From assembly GCA_963813815.1 (NCBI GenBank), contig CAWFAD010000012.1, positions 58,142 to 122,141 of the forward strand: 64,000 bases of DNA, given 5' to 3'. Positions 27,810 through 38,132 of the stretch are shown here, in pieces (position 1 is the stretch's first letter; every line of letters begins with the position of its first letter). The DNA comes from an uncultured bacterium. GTDB lineage: Bacteria > Krumholzibacteriota > Krumholzibacteriia > Krumholzibacteriales > Krumholzibacteriaceae. The notes under the pieces were generated by a model, which saw only the letters and a list, made by a program, of their open reading frames with translations, had not been told where the DNA came from and did not search any database. Position numbers and translations under genes: made by a program.

Positions 27810-30236
27810 CTACTGTTCCATAATGCCGGCTCTCGCCAGCAACCCTTTGTAGCGCGGATCTCTTTTGAGGAAGACGAGCCAGGGCGTATTGATTCGCCTC
27901 GCAAGATCACGAGGACGATCTGCGTATTCTATCTCGAGAGATGTATACGCTTCAGTGATCCTTCCGAGACAGCAATATGCGAATGCCTTTTTGCCGGCAA
28001 CCTTCTCATGGGCGAGCGCCGATTCTACGTGCGCTCCCTCGCCGAGCCAATAGGAGGCGGCAGCGAGCGTCGATGGACTCCAGTAGCCTCGCGGCGCCAG
28101 AGCGACCACCTCGCGGAAGCATTTCCTCGCCTGGACCGTATCGCCGACATTCACGTACCAGGCTGCCAGAAGGGCCCTGTGATTTTCGTTTACTGCGGCC
28201 GCTATCTCAACATCTCTGAGAGCCTCGCGATACCTGCCTCTTGTCGCGTACACCGAGCTCCGATAGAGGCGGCTGTACACCTCGGCGCTGTCTTCCGCGA
28301 TCGCCCGGGTCAGGTAGACGATCGCGCTGTCCATCATGAAGCAATCGAGAAATATGATCCCGACGCCGCCCGCATACCCGGTGTTCAAGGGATCAAGCAT
28401 CTGCGCGAGCTTCGCTTCGCTCACCGCCTTGTCGCAATCGCCCTCCATCGAGAGGAAAAACGCATAGCTGTTGTGAAACGCCGCCAGGTTCGGATCGAGA
28501 GCGAACGTCCGCTGGAAAAGCTCTTCCGCTGCCGCGGAATCGGCCTCGAAGGAATACTTGTAATCGGCGAGAGCTCCGAGCGCCTCGGGCAGGTTCGGAT
28601 CGAGCGCGAGCGCGCGGTCGATGTTGAGCTTCGCCTTGGGAACGGCCTCCTCGGCCGGGAGGATATCAACCCAGGCATAGACGCTGTAGGCGAATGCGAG
28701 CCCGGCATATGCCTCGGCGAACGTGGAATCGATCGCGACCGCTCTTTCGAGATACTCTATCGCCTTCGATGCACTGTCGACATCCGTCCTGGAACGATAA
28801 CCCATTCCCAACAGGTAGGCTTGCATGGCTTTGGGATTCACGGGGCGCCTCGCCGCAAGCGATGCCCGGCTTCCCGCTCGCATCTCGACGCCAAGCGCAG
28901 TCGCCACCTCACGCGCCACTTCATCGAGACGCTGGTGCAGATTTTGCATGTCACAGCTGAGGGTGCGAGCGTAAAGCTGCCTATCCTTCGCTGCTTCGTA
29001 AACCTGGATGCTCAGCCGCACGGCGTTCCCCGAAAATATGCACGAGCCCGTGATCAACGCTCTTGCATCCACCTTCCGGGAAATCTTGTCCATCGGCAGG
29101 TCGCTCCCCTTGAATTCCATCATCGTCTGCGGTGATCGAATCTGAACTCCTTCGAGGGATCCGAGCGCGCCTGAGAGAACGATTTCGAGCCCATTGATCA
29201 TTTCATCCTTCGATAAATCTCCCGTGAGGTTCTTGAGGGGCAGGATGCCGATCGAGTCGATCGACTCCGCCCCCGGCGATGATATCTTCATAATCCCGAA
29301 GGCGAGGGCCCCCGCGACGATGCAGAGCGCGCCGATAACGGCCGCCCTCTGCCATGGCCGCGACCGGCGCCAGACTCGCTTGAGCCCTTTCGCGGGCGCA
29401 GCCTTCCCGGCGGGAAGCGCCTCCCGGTCTTTGGCCAGCGCATCGAGATCCGCAACAAGCTCCTCCGCCTTCTGATACCTCCGCACCGGGTCCTTCGCGA
29501 GCGCCTTGGCGATGATCCCATCGAGGCCGGCAGGAATGTCTCCGCCCTCCACCGCAAGCGGCTCCGGATCCTCGTTCAATATCGAATACAGCAGCGCCGC
29601 CTCGTAGTCCGCCCCGAACGGCATCCGCCCCGACACCATCTCGTACAGCGCCACGCCCAACGCCCAGATGTCGCTTCGATGATCCGCCTCCCTCCCCTGT
29701 ACCTGCTCCGGCGACATATAGGCCACCGTCCCCATCGTCGTCCCCGTCCGCGTGAGCTTCGTCGCTCCGGAGACCTTCGCCAAACCGAAGTCCATGAGCA
29801 TCGGCCGGCCATCGGCCGTCAGCATCACGTTCGCAGGCTTGATGTCGCGGTGCACGATCCCCTTGGCGTGGGCGGCGGCGAGCGCGTCGGCCGTCTGTCG
29901 GGCGATCGAGAGTGCTTCGTCGAGCGGCATCGGACCCTCGGCGATGCGATCCTTGAGGCTCCGCCCCTCGATGTGGGCCATCGAAATGAACGTGCGCCCA
30001 TCCGCTTCAGCTATCTCGTGAATCGGGCAGATGTTCGGATGAAGAAGCGCCGCGGCGGCCCTCGCCTCGTGCACGAGGCGGGCGCGGTCTTCCTCTCGGG
30101 CCACCGAATCAGGCGGGAGAAACTTGAGCGCCACGGTCCGACCGAGGGTGAGGTCCTCGGCCCGGTAGACCACGCCCATCCCCCCCTCGCCGAGCTTCGA
30201 GAGAATGCGATAGTGGGAGATCTTCTGTCCGATCAT
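27810..30236 (-). CDS. Ser/Thr protein kinase with TM segment and TPR repeats (paralogue 2 of 3)
   Basis: From the internal Met MIGQKISHYRILSKLGEGGMGVVYRAEDLTLGRTVALKFLPPDSVAREEDRARLVHE. The kinase domain is almost identical to paralogues 1 and 3 for about 300 aa. The C-terminal TPR region is divergent. Confidence 0.85.
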   Translation of the reverse strand: MIGQKISHYRILSKLGEGGMGVVYRAEDLTLGRTVALKFLPPDSVAREEDRARLVHEARAAAALLHPNICPIHEIAEADGRTFISMAHIEGRSLKDRIAEGPMPLDEALSIARQTADALAAAHAKGIVHRDIKPANVMLTADGRPMLMDFGLAKVSGATKLTRTGTTMGTVAYMSPEQVQGREADHRSDIWALGVALYEMVSGRMPFGADYEAALLYSILNEDPEPLAVEGGDIPAGLDGIIAKALAKDPVRRYQKAEELVADLDALAKDREALPAGKAAPAKGLKRVWRRSRPWQRAAVIGALCIVAGALAFGIMKISSPGAESIDSIGILPLKNLTGDLSKDEMINGLEIVLSGALGSLEGVQIRSPQTMMEFKGSDLPMDKISRKVDARALITGSCIFSGNAVRLSIQVYEAAKDRQLYARTLSCDMQNLHQRLDEVAREVATALGVEMRAGSRASLAARRPVNPKAMQAYLLGMGYRSRTDVDSASKAIEYLERAVAIDSTFAEAYAGLAFAYSVYAWVDILPAEEAVPKAKLNIDRALALDPNLPEALGALADYKYSFEADSAAAEELFQRTFALDPNLAAFHNSYAFFLSMEGDCDKAVSEAKLAQMLDPLNTGYAGGVGIIFLDCFMMDSAIVYLTRAIAEDSAEVYSRLYRSSVYATRGRYREALRDVEIAAAVNENHRALLAAWYVNVGDTVQARKCFREVVALAPRGYWSPSTLAAASYWLGEGAHVESALAHEKVAGKKAFAYCCLGRITEAYTSLEIEYADRPRDLARRINTPWLVFLKRDPRYKGLLARAGIMEQ

Positions 30237-30247
30237 TCCAAGCGCCT

Positions 30248-33121
30248 TTAGAGCTCGGCCACCCTCTTCTTCGCATCGATGAGCTGCGGCCGGTCCCCAT
30301 CCGCTTCGGACCACATCTCGAGGAACCTGGCGTATTCCTTTTTCGCCTCCGCCGGACGTTTCATCTCTTCGTAGAGCTTGCCGAGCTCGTAGTGCGACAG
30401 AGCGTGCCCGCCGTAGATCCGCAACAATTCCTTGTGCACTTTCGCGGCCTCATCGAAACGTCTCTGCATCGCGTAAACGCGCGCCCGCGCGGTTCGGTAA
30501 TCGATATCGATGTATCCTCCGAATGGAATGCCTCCCCGCTGAAGCTGGTCGAGGAACTTTAGGGCTGTTTTAGGATCGTGGTCCGCCAGCGCGGCGTAGG
30601 CCTCGATCTCGAGCGCATCGTATTGAGCAATTCCACCTTGTTTGCCGGTTTGGCCGGCGAGATTTTTCGCCGCCTCTCGCGCTCCCTTCACATCGCCGAG
30701 CATGGCCAGAGCCCTGCCGAGTGGCCGAGGGTAATCGTTCATCGTGTCGGACGACGCCCATTGCCGATACAGGTCGCAAACCTCCTGAGGCCGCTCCATG
30801 GCGATCAGCATGCGAAACTCGGGCATGTCCATATCGGGCAAAACGGTGTATTCCCGAATCAAGTCGCGGGCCTTTCGATATTGGCCCTTTTCAACGTAAA
30901 GGGACGCGAGACACATATCGAAAGGACTCAGAACGATCAGTTCCCATCGTCTGCGCGGACCAATATTGCTCTGGCCGAGGATCTCTTCGAGAATATGGAT
31001 TGCTTCAGCTACGTCGCCTCGCTGATACGCGCAGTAGCTCAAAACCGCACGGTTCCACTTGGGATCCAGCTCCAGGGCCTTTTGAAACGCCGCTTCTGCG
31101 CTATCCGGCTTCCCGAGGGCGAGATATCTACGCCCCAGCTCATCCCAGTTATTCGGAACTTCCGGATGTCGTTCCGCCAGCAATCGCGTCGCCCGTAGCG
31201 CTTCCTCCGTTCGCCCCATGCACACAAGCGAAGATACGTACATAGGACCTCCGAAAATCGGATCATCCGGATACAGGCGCAATCCCGTTTCGCAAACCGC
31301 CAGCGCTTCGCCGAATTCCCAAACCATAAACATGTCTGTGAACATATCCCGCATGACTTGGCGATAATCAGGCCAACGAGCGAGAAGCCTCCGGTACGCT
31401 GCAATAATGGCCGTATGCGAGGTCTCGCGCCAGGCTTCCAGCCTCATCCGATCCTTCACGCCAAGATTTTCCCTCAGCATCCACGCTTTATCCGAATATT
31501 CCTTGGACTTTCCCCTTGTGGTGGGCGAAATACCCCCGAACATTTGGTAGGCGTTTGCGAGCTCCATATATGCCAGGGCAAACGTCGAATCCTCTGTGAC
31601 AGCTTTCTCCAACTCAGCGATCGCATCATCTCCACGGTACTCTTCGCACGCGAGCAAACCAGATATATAGTGCTGGTAGGCTCTCAGAGAATTAGTCGTG
31701 ATACTCTCCACCGGCTTCGGCGCGATGGTCGCCTTGACCCCGCAGGCGCTCGCAATCCGCGGAATCGCCTTCGCGATGATCTCATCCGCTATACCCTGAA
31801 GTCCCGATCCCTCCGCATCTCCCGCGCCGACGTTCTGCCCGTTTCGTACATCGACCAGCCTCCAGCTCACGATTCGATTCGGTCCCGTCCGCCCGATCTT
31901 GGCAACGAGGAAGAGCGTCGCCTTGACCTGCCGGGCGAGGTCGAATATCTGGCTGTCATCGATCGCGCCCCGGGGGGAGCCGTAGAGACGGCGGCGAAAA
32001 TCGTGGATCAGCTCGGAGCTTATCACCCGGATGACATCCGCCTCCGTAAGACTGGTGCTCACGAGCTCGGTGAGGGCCGCCGATGTGATGAGACTGTCGG
32101 GAGCATCGATGTCCCGAAAATCCATTACCGCTATCGAAAACGAAGCGGCTTCGGGCTCCCCGTGCCGCATCTGGACTATCGACAGTGCGGCAATGGCTCC
32201 CATGACTATGAGCGATGCGACCGCCGCCGCGCGCTGCCAGGGCCGGGCGCGGCGCCAGACCCGCTTGAGCCCCTTCGCGGGGATCGCCTTGCCCGCGGGC
32301 AGCGCTTCACTGTCCCGCGCCAGGGCCTCAAGATCCGCAACAAGCTCCTCGGCCTTCTGGTATCTCCTCGCCGGATCCTTCGCCAATGCCTTCGCGATGA
32401 TCCCGTCAAGGCCGGCGGGGATGTCGCTCCCCTCTCCCGCAAGGGGCGCGGGATCTTCGTTCAATATCGAGTACAGCAGCGCCGCCTCGTAGTCCGCCCC
32501 GAACGGCAGCTTCCCCGACGTCATCTCGTAGAGCACCACGCCCAACGCCCAGATGTCGCTCCGGTGATCCGCCTCCCTCCCCTGCACCTGCTCCGGCGAC
32601 ATGTACGCCACCGTCCCCATCGTCGTCCCCGTGCGCGTCAGCTTCGTCGTCCCCGAGACCTTCGCCAGCCCGAAGTCCATCAGCATCGGTCGGCCGTCGG
32701 TCGTGAGCATGACGTTGGCGGGCTTTATATCCCGGTGGATGATCCCCTTGGCGTGGGCGGCAGCCAGACCATCTCCTATCTGACGAGCGATCGAGAGCGC
32801 CCCATCCAGGGGAAGCGGTCCCTCTGCGACGCGATCCTTGAGGCTCCGCCCCTCGATGTGGGCCATCGATATGAACGTGCGGCCCTCGGCTTCAGCGATC
32901 TCGTAGATGGGGCAAATGTTGGGGTGAAGGAGCGCCGCGGCCGCCCGGGCCTCGTGCACGAGCCGGGCGCGGTCTTCCTCGCAAGCCACGGAGTCGGGCG
33001 GAAGGAACTTCAGCGCCACCGTCCGGCCGAGGGTGAGATCCTCGGCCCGATAGACCACACCCATCCCCCCCTCGCCGAGCTTCGAGAGAATGCGGTAGTG
33101 GGAAATCGTATTTCCTATCAT
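30248..33121 (-). CDS. Ser/Thr protein kinase with TM segment and TPR repeats (paralogue 3 of 3)
   Basis: From the internal Met MIGNTISHYRILSKLGEGGMGVVYRAEDL ..., giving 957 aa. An alternative start is at 33151. The kinase domain is near-identical to the other two. The C-terminal TPR/sensor region is longer and divergent. Confidence 0.85.
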   Translation of the reverse strand: MIGNTISHYRILSKLGEGGMGVVYRAEDLTLGRTVALKFLPPDSVACEEDRARLVHEARAAAALLHPNICPIYEIAEAEGRTFISMAHIEGRSLKDRVAEGPLPLDGALSIARQIGDGLAAAHAKGIIHRDIKPANVMLTTDGRPMLMDFGLAKVSGTTKLTRTGTTMGTVAYMSPEQVQGREADHRSDIWALGVVLYEMTSGKLPFGADYEAALLYSILNEDPAPLAGEGSDIPAGLDGIIAKALAKDPARRYQKAEELVADLEALARDSEALPAGKAIPAKGLKRVWRRARPWQRAAAVASLIVMGAIAALSIVQMRHGEPEAASFSIAVMDFRDIDAPDSLITSAALTELVSTSLTEADVIRVISSELIHDFRRRLYGSPRGAIDDSQIFDLARQVKATLFLVAKIGRTGPNRIVSWRLVDVRNGQNVGAGDAEGSGLQGIADEIIAKAIPRIASACGVKATIAPKPVESITTNSLRAYQHYISGLLACEEYRGDDAIAELEKAVTEDSTFALAYMELANAYQMFGGISPTTRGKSKEYSDKAWMLRENLGVKDRMRLEAWRETSHTAIIAAYRRLLARWPDYRQVMRDMFTDMFMVWEFGEALAVCETGLRLYPDDPIFGGPMYVSSLVCMGRTEEALRATRLLAERHPEVPNNWDELGRRYLALGKPDSAEAAFQKALELDPKWNRAVLSYCAYQRGDVAEAIHILEEILGQSNIGPRRRWELIVLSPFDMCLASLYVEKGQYRKARDLIREYTVLPDMDMPEFRMLIAMERPQEVCDLYRQWASSDTMNDYPRPLGRALAMLGDVKGAREAAKNLAGQTGKQGGIAQYDALEIEAYAALADHDPKTALKFLDQLQRGGIPFGGYIDIDYRTARARVYAMQRRFDEAAKVHKELLRIYGGHALSHYELGKLYEEMKRPAEAKKEYARFLEMWSEADGDRPQLIDAKKRVAEL

Positions 33122-33193
33122 GCGATAAACCCGAAATGAAAGCCGCTTCACATCGAAAAAAGCGCTGCCGCCGAAATCGGCCCCCGAGCTCCC

Positions 33194-33526
33194 CTAGGTG
33201 TCTCTTCGGGCCGCGTACGCAAACTGCGAAAAGTACCGACGCCAGACGGCATCGGTCGACTTGAGCTCGTTTTCTCCGTAAAAATAATCGACGAGCGCTT
33301 CTCTCATCCGGGCAATTTCTCTTAGATGCGAGGAACGAATCGGGTATTGCAGCGAAAGATCGATCAATTCGAGGGCCCGTTCGATCGCCTTTTCGCTGTA
33401 CGTGGCGTTTCCCCTCTCCCGCCAGGAAATCGCGCGCTCCACCTCGCTCCCGATGTTCGCCATGCGCTCGAGAAGCGGCATATCCTTCCATCGTCCCGCG
33501 GCCAGATTCTTGTGCTGATAGCTCAT
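33194..33526 (-). CDS. Hypothetical small protein
   Basis: The ORF reads from the internal Met MSYQHKNLAAGRWKDMPLLERMANIGSEVERAISWRERGN. I did not recognise a family. The coding call rests on ORF length and position only. Confidence 0.3.
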   Translation of the reverse strand: MSYQHKNLAAGRWKDMPLLERMANIGSEVERAISWRERGNATYSEKAIERALELIDLSLQYPIRSSHLREIARMREALVDYFYGENELKSTDAVWRRYFSQFAYAARRDT

Positions 33527-33684
33527 TGCACCATTATAAACGAACCTCCCGCACTGGCAAGACGCATTCTCGTTGGCAGCTCTGGGCCGAGGCAACGAAC
33601 GAAACGGCAGCCCTGAGGGGAGCTGCCGTTTCCGTGTCGATCACAGGACGCCGCGAGGCGCTGTCGTCCCGCGGCGAACCGCCG

Positions 33685-35193
33685 CTATTTCATCTTCGGA
33701 AGCTTCACGAGCCCCTTCTTCTGCAGGAGCTGGAACTTGCTGCGGGACTCCGTGATCATCCTGTCGGCCTTGCTGATGAGCTGGTCCCAGGTGAGGTCGA
33801 TGCGCGCCACGCCCTGCTCGACCGCCTTGCGGCCCACGGCCGCCGCCTCGCGCGGATAGACCTCCACTTCGTCCATCGTCGGGATGAGGTAATCCTCGCG
33901 AAGCCCCTTGTCCTCGGCGACGCGCGCGAGCTCGCGGGCGGCCGCGATGCACATCTCGTCGGTGATCGTGCGGGCCATAACGTCGAGCGTTCCGCGGAAG
34001 ATGCCCGGGAAACCGAGGGAGTTGTTGACCTGGTTCGGGAAGTCGCTACGGCCGGTGGCGACGACCCTCGCGCCCGCCTCCTTCGCCTCCCACGGCCAGA
34101 TCTCGGGGATCGGGTTGGCGCAGACGAACACGATCGCGTCCTTCGCCATCCGCGCGATCCATTCCTTTTTGATCGTGTCGGGGCCCTGCTTCGAAAGGGC
34201 GATGAGCACGTCGGCCCCCTCGATCGCGCGCGGCACGTCTCCCGTTCTCCCCTCGCCGTTCGTCTTCTGCGCCATCTCCCATTTCTCTTTCCAATCCTGC
34301 TTGAGCTCCTCCTCGCGGCCGAGGTGGAGGATCCCCTTGCTGTCGCACATGATGACGTTCTTCGGCGAAACGCCGGCGAGCATGATCATGCGGGCGATGC
34401 AGATGTTCGCGGCCCCCGCGCCCACCATCGTCACCTTGACCTTCGAGATATCCTTGCCGACGATCTTCACCGCGTTGATGAGACCCGCTACGGTAACTGC
34501 GGCCGTGCCCTGCTGGTCGTCGTGCCACACGGGGATGCGGCATTCGCGCCGGAGCGTATCGAGAACGCGGAAGCACTTGGGCTGCGAAATATCCTCGAGG
34601 TTGATGCCGCCGAAGGAGGGCTGCAGGAGCTTCACGAACTCGATGAGCTTGTCCGGGTCCTTCGTATCGACGCAGATCGGGAAGGCGTCGACCCCGCCGA
34701 GATACTTGAAGAGCATCCCCTTGCCCTCCATGACCGGCAGGCCCGCCTCGGGACCGATGTCGCCGAGTCCGAGAACGCGCGTGCCGTCCGAGACCACGGC
34801 GACGAAGTTCCCCTTGTTCGTGTGCTCGAAAACCTTTTCGGGGTTATCGCGGATATCGAGGCACGGCTTCGCGACTCCGGGGGTGTACCAGATCGCGAAA
34901 TCGTCGAAGCTGCGGATGCAGGCCTTCGGCATGATCTCGATCTTCCCCTTGTAGAAGGGGTGCATGATCATGGCGTCGATCCCGGGCTGCTTGGCCTTCT
35001 CGACGAGCTCTTCCTTCGTGACTGGTTTCATGATCTTCGGAGCGGGCTTTTTCGGCGCCGCTTTCCGCGGGGCCGGTTTCTTGGCGGGCTTCGCCGCCTT
35101 TTTCGCGGCCTTCTTCGGGGACTTCTTCACGGCCTTTTTCGGCGTTTTCTTCGCCGGCTTTTTCTTCGAGGCCTTCGCCTTCTTCGGGCTCAT
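33685..35193 (-). CDS. maeB: NAD(P)-dependent malic enzyme with an unusual N-terminal Lys/Ala/Pro-rich tail
   Basis: The malic enzyme N- and NAD-binding domains are present (IRDNPEKVFEHTNKGNFVAVVSDGTRVLGLGDIG ... TMVGAGAANICIA). A roughly 60 aa in-frame tail SPKKAKASKKKPAKKTPKKAVKKSPKKAAKKAAKPAKKPAPRKAAPKKPAPK precedes the catalytic core. The start is placed at the Met of MSPKK and could be further downstream. Confidence 0.8.
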   Translation of the reverse strand: MSPKKAKASKKKPAKKTPKKAVKKSPKKAAKKAAKPAKKPAPRKAAPKKPAPKIMKPVTKEELVEKAKQPGIDAMIMHPFYKGKIEIMPKACIRSFDDFAIWYTPGVAKPCLDIRDNPEKVFEHTNKGNFVAVVSDGTRVLGLGDIGPEAGLPVMEGKGMLFKYLGGVDAFPICVDTKDPDKLIEFVKLLQPSFGGINLEDISQPKCFRVLDTLRRECRIPVWHDDQQGTAAVTVAGLINAVKIVGKDISKVKVTMVGAGAANICIARMIMLAGVSPKNVIMCDSKGILHLGREEELKQDWKEKWEMAQKTNGEGRTGDVPRAIEGADVLIALSKQGPDTIKKEWIARMAKDAIVFVCANPIPEIWPWEAKEAGARVVATGRSDFPNQVNNSLGFPGIFRGTLDVMARTITDEMCIAAARELARVAEDKGLREDYLIPTMDEVEVYPREAAAVGRKAVEQGVARIDLTWDQLISKADRMITESRSKFQLLQKKGLVKLPKMK

Positions 35194-35260
35194 CGATCTA
35201 CCTCCCGGGGTCAATCCCGACTTCGGAACGCTCGCCGCTCCATATCCGATTCGAACGCTA

Positions 35261-35809
35261 TTATTTCTCGAGGAGCTCCGCCGCGGCCTTCAGCCCCTCG
35301 TCGAACGCCTTCATGTTGAGCTCTTCGGTCCCTTTCGGCACGCGGGCGAGAATGGCCTTGCGGACCGATTCCTCGGACGCGGCCTGCGAGATTTTCGTGA
35401 GAATCCCGAGGGCAACGATGTTCGTCACGACCGCCTTGCCGACCTTCTTCAGCGCGATCTCGGTGATCGGCGCCTCGTAGAGCCGGTAGTCTCCCTTCGG
35501 CAGCTCCTTGACGAGCCCCGAATCGACGATGAGAACGCCGCCGGCCTTGAGGTCCCCGCTGTACTTCGTGCACGAGACCTGCGTGAGCGCGAGCAGCAGA
35601 TCGAGGTTCAGCACCTTCGGATAATCGATGTCGCCGTCGCTCGTGACGACCTCGGCCTTGCTCGCCCCGCCGCGCGCCTCGGGGCCGTAGCTCTGCGTCT
35701 GCACGGCGTTGCGCCCGTCGTATATCACGACCGCCTCCGCCAGGATCTTGCCCGCGAGGATGAGCCCCTGCCCGCCGGAGCCGCTCAGCCTCATTTCATA
35801 TCTGTCCAT
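35261..35809 (-). CDS. 2-oxoacid:ferredoxin oxidoreductase gamma subunit (cluster 2)
   Basis: The 182 aa protein begins MDRYEMRLSGSGGQGLILAGKILAEA. It is last in the korD-korA-korB-korG string on the minus strand. Confidence 0.8.
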   Translation of the reverse strand: MDRYEMRLSGSGGQGLILAGKILAEAVVIYDGRNAVQTQSYGPEARGGASKAEVVTSDGDIDYPKVLNLDLLLALTQVSCTKYSGDLKAGGVLIVDSGLVKELPKGDYRLYEAPITEIALKKVGKAVVTNIVALGILTKISQAASEESVRKAILARVPKGTEELNMKAFDEGLKAAAELLEK

Positions 35810-35827
35810 GCGAAGCTCCTGTTTCCG

Positions 35828-36652
35828 TCAGTCCTTCGATTTCTCGGTTTTCAGCCTTTGGATGAGCTTGTCGTACTCGGCGCAGAACTCCGGTTTCTCG
35901 ACGTCCCACAGGACTCCGGACGCGATCTTGCCCACGCGCTCGTCCTCGGCCATCTTGTCGAGCTTGTCCTTCGTAACGACGTTGTCCTTGAGCCAGTTCA
36001 TGAGATCGACGGGGTTGGCGAGCTTGTTCCGCCGCCCGTACGCCGTCGGACACGGCGAGAGGATCTCGACCACGGAGAATCCCTTCTTCGAGAGCGCCGC
36101 CGTGATGAGCTTGTCGAGCTGCTGGACGTGGTACACGTCGCCGAGCGCCACGAACGAGGCCCCCGCCGCCTGCGCGAGCCCCGCGATGTTGAACGACGGC
36201 TCGAGGTTCCCGAACGGCGCCGTCGAAGCGTTCTTGCCGCGCGGGGTCGTCGGGGACACCTGCCCTCCCGTCATCCCGTAGATGAAGTTGTTGTAGAGGA
36301 GCACCGTGAGATCGATGTTGCGTCTCGCCGCATGGATGTAATGGTTCCCGCCGATGGCGGTCGCGTCCCCGTCCCCCGTCACGACGATCACGTGGAGCTT
36401 CGGGCTGGCGAGCTTTACCCCCGTGGCGAAGGCGATCGCGCGCCCGTGCGTCGTATGCAGCGTGTTGATATCGATGTATCCGGGAGTGCGGCTCGAGCAT
36501 CCGATCCCCGACACCATCGCGGTCTCGTCCTTCGGGATCCCGAGCTTCTTGAGGGAGCGGATGAGCGACTTGAGGACGATCCCGTCCCCGCACCCCGAGC
36601 ACCAGATATGAGGCAGGTTCCGCTCGCGCACGTATTCGAGGTAGTTGAACAT
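35828..36652 (-). CDS. 2-oxoacid:ferredoxin oxidoreductase beta subunit (cluster 2)
   Basis: From the internal Met MFNYLEYVRERNLPHIWCSGCGDGIV ... GDGDATAIGGNH ... MTGGQVSPTTP, a TPP-binding beta subunit of 274 aa. Confidence 0.85.
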   Translation of the reverse strand: MFNYLEYVRERNLPHIWCSGCGDGIVLKSLIRSLKKLGIPKDETAMVSGIGCSSRTPGYIDINTLHTTHGRAIAFATGVKLASPKLHVIVVTGDGDATAIGGNHYIHAARRNIDLTVLLYNNFIYGMTGGQVSPTTPRGKNASTAPFGNLEPSFNIAGLAQAAGASFVALGDVYHVQQLDKLITAALSKKGFSVVEILSPCPTAYGRRNKLANPVDLMNWLKDNVVTKDKLDKMAEDERVGKIASGVLWDVEKPEFCAEYDKLIQRLKTEKSKD

Positions 36653-36654
36653 CG

Positions 36655-37921
36655 TCAGAACGCCTCCTTGACGGCGTCGACGATCTGTTTCGGGGTGATC
36701 GGGTCTCCATCGACGCGGTTCACCCGCCTGATTTCGGCGCGGCATTTCGCCGCGAGCTCGACCTCGCGCGCCATCTGCCCGAGGTTCATTTCGGCGCAGA
36801 TGAACGCCTTGACCTTCCCCGCGATATCGAGTATCTCCTCCGCCGGGAACGGCCAGATCGTCGTCGGCTCGAAGAGACCGACCTTGATTCCCGCCTCGCG
36901 GCACTCCTTGACGGCACGCTTCGCGGACCGGGCGACCCCGCCGTACGCGAAGACGCAGATCTTCGCGTCATCGAGCTCGAACGTCTTCCAGCGCATGATC
37001 TTCGCGCGGTGCCGCTCGATCTTGTCGGTGAGGTGCAGGATGTTCGCCTCGATCTTCTTCGCGTCGTTCGTCGGGAAGCCCGTTTCGTCATGGCAGAGAC
37101 CGGTCACGTTGTACCGGTATCCCGTGCCGAAATTCGCGAGAACCGGGATGCCGTCCTCGTTCTTCGCGTACGGGAGATACTTGCCGGGGAGGAACGGACG
37201 GCTGCTTGCGATTGACGATCCGGACGCTCGAGTGGTCAGGGAGGTACATCCGCTCCGTCATGTGGCCGACGATCTCGTCGAAGAGCAGTATGACGGGGGT
37301 CATGTACGTCTCGGCGAGGTTGAACGCCTCGATCGTCTGCTCGAACATCTCTTGCGCCGAGGATGCGGTGAGGGCGATGACGCCGTGGTCCCCGTGGCTT
37401 CCCCACCGGGCCTGCTGCATGTCCATCTGGGCGGGAAGGGTCGGCGTGCCGGTGTCGGGCCGCCCCGCTGCACGTCGACGACGACGCACGGCACCTCCGC
37501 CATGACCGGCGTGCCCGAGATTCTCCTGCTTGAGGCTGAAGCCGGGACCCGAGGTCGCCGTGAGCGCCTTGGCCCCGGTGAGCGAGGCTCCGATGACGGC
37601 GCCCATCGCCGCGATCTCGTCCTCCATCTGGATGAATTTCCCCCCGACCCGCGGAAGCTTCCTCACGAGGTACTCCGCGATCTCGGAGCTCGGGGTGATC
37701 GGATACCCGGCGAAGAAGCGGCAGCCGGCCCAGATCGCCCCTTCGGCGCAGGCGTCGTTCCCCTGCATCATGACCACCGTGCCGGTCGGACTCTTTGACA
37801 ACGCCGTCGTCTCCTTTTTCGGGTCGCCCCGCCGCGGGGACGCCCCCATACCCGTCTCGACTCCCCGGGGACGGCGAGGGGCAAAAAAATAAGGACCCCC
37901 TCGCGGAGAGTCCTCATTCAA
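36655..37921 (-). pseudogene. 2-oxoacid:ferredoxin oxidoreductase alpha subunit (cluster 2), interrupted by three frameshifts
   Basis: The N-terminal piece MMQGNDACAEGAIWAGCRFFAGYPITPSSEI is in ORF 37088..37921. The middle piece MAEVPCVVVDVQRGGP is in ORF 37300..37503. The C-terminal piece TGLCHDETGFPTNDAKK ... DAVKEAF is in ORF 36655..37107. Together they reconstruct a full alpha subunit. This is either real decay or sequencing errors. Confidence 0.65.
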
Positions 37922-38132
37922 CCGTTATAGCGAAATCAGGACACCTGAGCTCGCACAGGTTGCACTTGATGCAGTCATCGGGTCGTGCAACCTTGACCTT
38001 GCCGCCCTCCATCTCGAGGACGGCCTTGGGGCAAAAGGCCACGCAGATCTCGCACCCCTTGCACCACTTCAGGTTGACCTTTATTATCGCTTTCTTTTTT
38101 TCTGCAGCCTGGCTCTCGGCCACCCCGACCAC
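37914..38132 (-). CDS. 2-oxoacid:ferredoxin oxidoreductase delta subunit (2x[4Fe-4S] ferredoxin, cluster 2)
   Basis: The 72 aa protein, with a GTG start, has CKGCEICVAFCP and CIKCNLCELRCP motifs. Confidence 0.75.
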   Translation of the reverse strand: MVGVAESQAAEKKKAIIKVNLKWCKGCEICVAFCPKAVLEMEGGKVKVARPDDCIKCNLCELRCPDFAITVE

